Assembly: GCA_000165425.1 (NCBI GenBank)
Contig: CT868085.1
Span: 434,001 to 498,000, forward strand
Source of the DNA: Paramecium tetraurelia
Taxonomy: Eukaryota
Reading direction: 5' to 3'
DNA: 64,000 nt
The notes beneath the pieces are model-generated. The model did no database searches and was not told where the DNA came from. It saw only the letters and a program-made list of their open reading frames with translations. Below, in pieces: positions 58,643-64,000 of this stretch; the first letter of the stretch is position 1, and every line of letters begins with the position of its first letter. The position numbers were made by a program, and so were the translations under genes.

Positions 58643-59346
58643 TCAAGCATTACTTTTTTGAGAATCATCTGACAAAATATTATAACAGGGATTTGTGATT
58701 TGTTTAAAAAAAGACAATCTAGATTTAGGATATATAAATAATTCTTGGTCTATGTGTTTCTTATTCATGGTTAGGATAAATCTTTAAATGTCGTTTCTTA
58801 CATCACTTTTTAATAATTCTAAATTTTTTTTAAATTAATACTTGAAGAAATTGGAGCTTTCATGCCAAGTTCTTTATATGAGCTTTACAAGAATCCATCA
58901 AATTCATTTTAATTTATCAATTCGTCATGAATATATTGACATCTTATCCCATAAGGACAATACCCCTATTAGAAGAATCTCTTGCACGGTTTGGTTTTAT
59001 ATTTGGAATGTAAGTGGGTTTTAGGCTGTAATTCAGTTTATCCATGGGCGAAAGAGCACTTTAAATTTAATAAAAGAAATACTTTATCCCCATATTTACA
59101 TCTACCTGTCATCACAAAATTCTTGCAGAGTTCAGTTTTTTTCTTTTTCGTGTACTCTTCTATATATTATTATTTTTCTTGTATTGTTTCGAAGTGCTTT
59201 TTTTGGGGTTTGACACTGATACTTTTTAAACAAATGTTTTACTCTATTTCAAAATTGTTATTCTCATTATCACTTGTATCTGTATCGAGTGTTGACGATT
59301 CATATTAGTTCTGCTTGATAGTCGAAGTAGGGTAGAATAAGTTCAT
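58643..59346 (-). CDS. Tristetraprolin/TIS11-like tandem CCCH RNA-binding protein
   Basis: [52 protein letters not shown]; C-terminal RLSFFKQIT. Confidence 0.9.
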
Positions 59347-59764
59347 TTATAAATTAAGTTATATAAATATTATAAAGAATATTGCCTATTTTCTTAAAAA
59401 GAATTTAAATTAAAACCGAAATTTAAAATGACCAGTATATACTCAAACATATAAATATAACAGCAAATTATTTTTAAATGATAAACAGAGATGAAAAATA
59501 CCTATTCAATGCTATTTCTATAAATATTCTTTATTTAAACTTATAATTATTATAAAAATAATTTAAGATTAGGAATCTAAAAATTATGTAATATAATAAT
59601 ATCCATATTATCGTATTTGAATGAAATAATATTAAAAGCCATTTCAATCTAAAATACTATATAATGTATAAAGAATTAATAGTCAATTAATTTCTATTAC
59701 CTTCTTCTATTATAATTGGATTTTTATAAATATTATTAACTATTTTGTTTTATAAATGTTAAAT

Positions 59765-60766
59765 ATGCTTGATGTCATTTCGACATTCTCTATTCATTCT
59801 TCTCAAAGTAAAAGGTATGAGGAAGATTATCTAATTAATAGAAACGGATAAACAGGAAATCTATCCAAAGGATCCACAGCAAGACAATCAACAAGACCAA
59901 CTTAGAAATTTCACAAAATACAATTAGATGATTAAGCTTTTAAAACTACTCCAAAAAGTGAATAAAGAGAATAGAAGGGGATTTAGACAATAAGTGAATA
60001 AAATAATTAAAGAGAGAATGAAAATGAAAACAAATTTGAAAGCAACATTTATCCATTGATCATTTTTTAAAAAAGTAAATATTAGTGATTAACAAATAAG
60101 TCTCCTACCGTCAGCTTTTGAAAGAAAGTAATTAATTCATAATTTTTAGTTAAGTTCGAAAAAGATATAAAATCTCTTCATCCATCCGACAAACGAAATT
60201 TAGTAATTTACAGAATTATTTGTGAACTTTTTTAAGAACTTTAATTTGAAATACAGAACATATTGATTTGTCAACATCCGATTACAAAACTATTTTACAT
60301 TTATTTTTCTGATACTAATTACTGTCCAATGTCCAAATGTTGTAACAAAAATGTAGTAATACGAATTGGAGAAGCATTAGGGGGAGAGATTAAATGTTTA
60401 AATCCTAGATGTCCTTTAGGGGTCTTAACTACCTTTGAAATAGAGGAGAAGATTCTTTGGAATTCTAAAGTTTAATAAAAAAGAGCTGTCTCAACATTTA
60501 TTTCAAGTGGAAAGTACAGAACCAGAAGTTTATTATAATCAGTTCAAGTTCCTGAAACTTATAATGCCTATGCTCCACCATAATAAAAATAAAATTAAAA
60601 TTCTTGGAAAAGTTCTTCATCTTTTTATTAAAAGGCTAGTTAAACAAATTAAGAATAAATTTATAAATATGAGTTATCCAAAAATTTATTACTAAACTCT
60701 TAAATATTTAATAAGAATTTCGATGATTAAATGGATGAAAAATATAGATATAAATGCAAATTTTGA
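59765..60766 (+). CDS. Hypothetical protein with a Cys-rich, RING-like central segment
   Basis: ICQHP..YCPMSKCC..KCLNPRCP; tiny introns; ends uncertain. Confidence 0.5.
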
Positions 60767-62019
60767 TGATTTTAATAAAATTTAATATATAGATTATTAT
60801 GAACAATTTAATAGATATATCTACATCGAATTCAAAATACTCACATTCTCTTTATTATCATTTTCAATTATTACTTAAATGTTAAATATTTTCAAAATTA
60901 GTTTTATTATTAATTCATTTTCCCCTAATGTTACACTTTGATTATTTGACACTATTTATATCATCATAATTATTTCCATGTTCTTCTCTATTAACTTCAA
61001 TTACTTTGATATTTATATGTTCTTAAACTATGAAATAAGACTTAACTCTTATTCATTCTGGTTGTCTACTATATTTAAAGTCAACATAAATTCCATTGAA
61101 ATATAATTCTTAAAACAATATTTTAACTGTTTTCATATTCAAGCTTGAATTTAAATCATTATTATGGATCGCACAGCATATTAATAATTCTCACTTTTTT
61201 TTCATCAAAATAAATAATATATTTGGTTATATGTCCAATAAGCAATTATATTCGACTTGGCATTTATTGGTTCTATTAACTTGATAGTAATTCTATGTTG
61301 CTCATTTATAAAATTTCAATATTTTATCTGAAAACCTAGCATCTTTATTTACTTGGTATGACTTGTGTATCTGTTGCATTCCATGTTGGTATTGTTCTTG
61401 TCTATTGATATATAATATATATTTAGAACAACTGTCCGTTTTATATATTTAGAATAAATATATCAAAAAATAAACTTGCAATCCAAATATATTTAGTTTG
61501 GTTGTTAAAGAATTCAACCAAAAATTAACTTAATATTGATAATATAAATAATTTAATAATTGATAAATAATTGATGATATAGTTTTCTTTGTTATGTTTT
61601 GATCTGAGTTTGACCTTAAAACATTTTTTATTTTTATCTCCATCATATATACAAATTCTATAATTGAATTAAATAAATAGGATACATAGTCTCTAGTAAA
61701 CCAACATGTTATAATTAAAATCTATGTAAAATTGAAACATAAAATAATCTTACTAATGACACTAATTTTAACAATGATAAAATATTTTCTTATTTTAATT
61801 TAGAATAGAGATCTCAAAGTTTTTGTGGTTGTTGTTTTATAGCTGAAATTACGGTATAAATTTGATAAAAATAGTTTTTGAGTTTAAAGAACATTTGTAA
61901 AATGAAGAATGGATTGGAAAAATGTTTAGAGAAAAATGAATCAATATAAAGAACTCATTATTATTTTGGAAACTATTTTATTGCTCATTTGTTAATTTTA
62001 AATATTCATTATTTAACTA

Positions 62020-62321
62020 TCAATATGGCGCACTAAATCCCGGGGGTGGTAAACCAGTATTTGGGTCAGTATTCTTGGGTCGTCTAAATAATAAGATGTG
62101 AGGTTCAGGTCTATGAGTTTCATAATGAACCCATCCTCTAGATTGTTACACTCCAATAGCTCTCCATTCCATTTCATTTAATAATTTTCCTATATTTAAC
62201 TAGTTTAAATACCTTTTGTAATTTTTTTAAATATGTGTTTGGGTAAGATAACGTGTCTATACTCATAATAATCATCAAAATATTTGTCAGAATATTCTAT
62301 CTCCTCTGGATAATGAGGCAT
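62020..62321 (-). CDS. CKS1: Cyclin-dependent kinase regulatory subunit (Cks1/Suc1)
   Basis: [50 protein letters not shown]; one 23-nt intron. Confidence 0.96.
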
Positions 62322-62984
62322 ATCCTCTACTTCAAATTTAAATTAAAAATATAATACAATCCGTGAATTAATTAAAAATATATTTATATTTCCCAAAGTA
62401 ATAATAAGGAACTAAATTTAAGTATTTATCAAAACTTAAAATTAATAAAAATAAAACCGATAAACAATAAACAATAACCAATAACCAATAGAAGATCTCA
62501 TATTTATTATAATTTTCTATAATATAATACATTCTAATAATAATATGTATTAAACACAATTTATGTATTTAAAAATAACTCCAAATGCATTTTTAACACT
62601 AAACTATTTTTAAATACTTAAGTTATTAATTCGGATTCAATTATTTCTACAGCTTATTAGCAAAACCTTATATTATGGATAAATTGTTAAATATAAAATA
62701 ATCAATATTGTCATTAATCTAAACTAATCATTCAAGAATATTGTACTTTAGTGCTAGATTATTTTTGTTTTAAAATCGCTCAAATAAATGTTATTTACAT
62801 TATTTAAAAATAAAAATAAATTATAAATGGCAAGAATGTCATCATAAAATACTCAATTTTGAGATTTACATCTAAACATTTAACAAGCTTCTTAGAACAA
62901 CATAATTCTTGAGAATAATCAAATTCTTAAAAATTCTAATAATTAAACCATGATTATTCAAGAATTTATTTGATATTTTAATTA

Positions 62985-64000
62985 ATGAAATTCATCCTTT
63001 AATGCTCAATATGCTTATAGAATTTAAAAAGTCCAGTCTCATTGAGTTGTGGACATACTTTTTGTTAGACCTGCATATAAAATTCTTTTGATACACAAGA
63101 ATTTTGTGCATGTCCCTTGTGTCGTTAACCAGCATTACTTAGTAGCAATAAAACTGACGAATTACTACCTTTAGTTCAATAGATTTATGAATAAGAAGGA
63201 ACCTAAGGTATTGTTGACCTTTAAATTAGGTTTATTGAATGAATTCCCAACTTTAATTATATGCCTTTGTTGCGGATTAACTCCAGTCAACCCAGTAGTG
63301 CTTTCTTGCTAACATATGTTTTGTTAGAAATGCATTGAAGAAAATTTAAAAGAAGAATTATTATGCCCTGCTTGTTCTGATTATAGTTTTAATATCAAAG
63401 TCAATACAAATAAGAAATATAAAGATCTCATTGATTGGTATTTAAAGGAATTCAAAATAGAAGAAGAATAAGAAGTTGTTAATAAAGATGTCTAAAATGG
63501 AAACATAAATGGTATTCCAATCTTTGTTTATGATCAATCAGTCATTATATATGGCTCTATAGAGTTGCAATTTTTAGAATTCAGATATCAAGAAATGATA
63601 AAGATGGTTAGTTCTGGTTCAGGGAACTTTATTATATCGAGTGATTTAATTAATGGAGACTTGGTACAAATAAGAAGCATCAAAAAAACAAAGAAAGGTT
63701 ATCAAGTCTAGGTTGATGGTTTATCAAGAATAAAAATAAAATAAATATATGGTTATATTGAGGGAGTCAAGACTTCATATTAATAGTGGAATGCTCAATA
63801 ATTATGGCTTGCTTAATGCGAATACATAAGAGATTAAACTTTCAAAGAGAATTGCTTTTAGCAATACAAATATATTGTGGCTACTTTATAAAAATTATAT
63901 TAAAATATCAACTTAGAAGTCGGAGATATTTTTAAGGCTTTCATGGGAAAAATAACAAGTCTATCAGATTCTGAAAGTAGTCTTATTCTATTAACTTCGC
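62985..64000 (+). CDS. LONRF-like protein (two RING fingers plus Lon substrate-binding domain), 3' end outside the window
   Basis: CSICLQNLKSPVSLSCGHTFCQTC..CPLCR; CLCCGLTPVNPVVLSCQHMFCQKC..CPAC; IPIFV..LQFLEFRYQEMIK..DGLSRIKI. Confidence 0.82.

Noticed and set aside
60900..61960. Possible minus-strand gene or pseudogene
   Set aside because: No stable frame or recognisable domain

Overview
AT-rich, gene-dense eukaryotic DNA with the hallmarks of a Paramecium macronuclear chromosome (probably the aurelia complex). TAA/TAG read as Gln, TGA is the only stop, introns are tiny (about 22-29 nt, GT..AG) and intergenic spacers are often under 50 bp. The supplied ORF track uses the wrong code and fragments every gene, so I re-translated by hand with the ciliate code (table 6). 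About 35 genes can be reconstructed. They include an EF-hand protein, a MORN protein, an alveolin/articulin-type cortical protein, a LAMMER/CLK kinase and an aquaporin (both with apparent 1-nt frameshifts), several CCCH proteins (one PNUTS-like, one TTP-like), three clustered CDPKs, nucleoredoxin, V-ATPase subunit e, a bacterial-type D-Ala-D-Ala carboxypeptidase (S11), a compact SUZ12-like gene, ZC2HC1, a jacalin-like protein with PPQGQY repeats, CC2D2A/MKS6, an ABHD hydrolase, CKS1 and a LONRF-like gene. There is one assembly gap (55736-56550). The most striking feature is an intronless 760-aa protein made of two fused Old Yellow Enzyme barrels, both carrying the same set of non-canonical catalytic and FMN-binding substitutions. 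All family calls come from motif recognition by eye; no database search was run.
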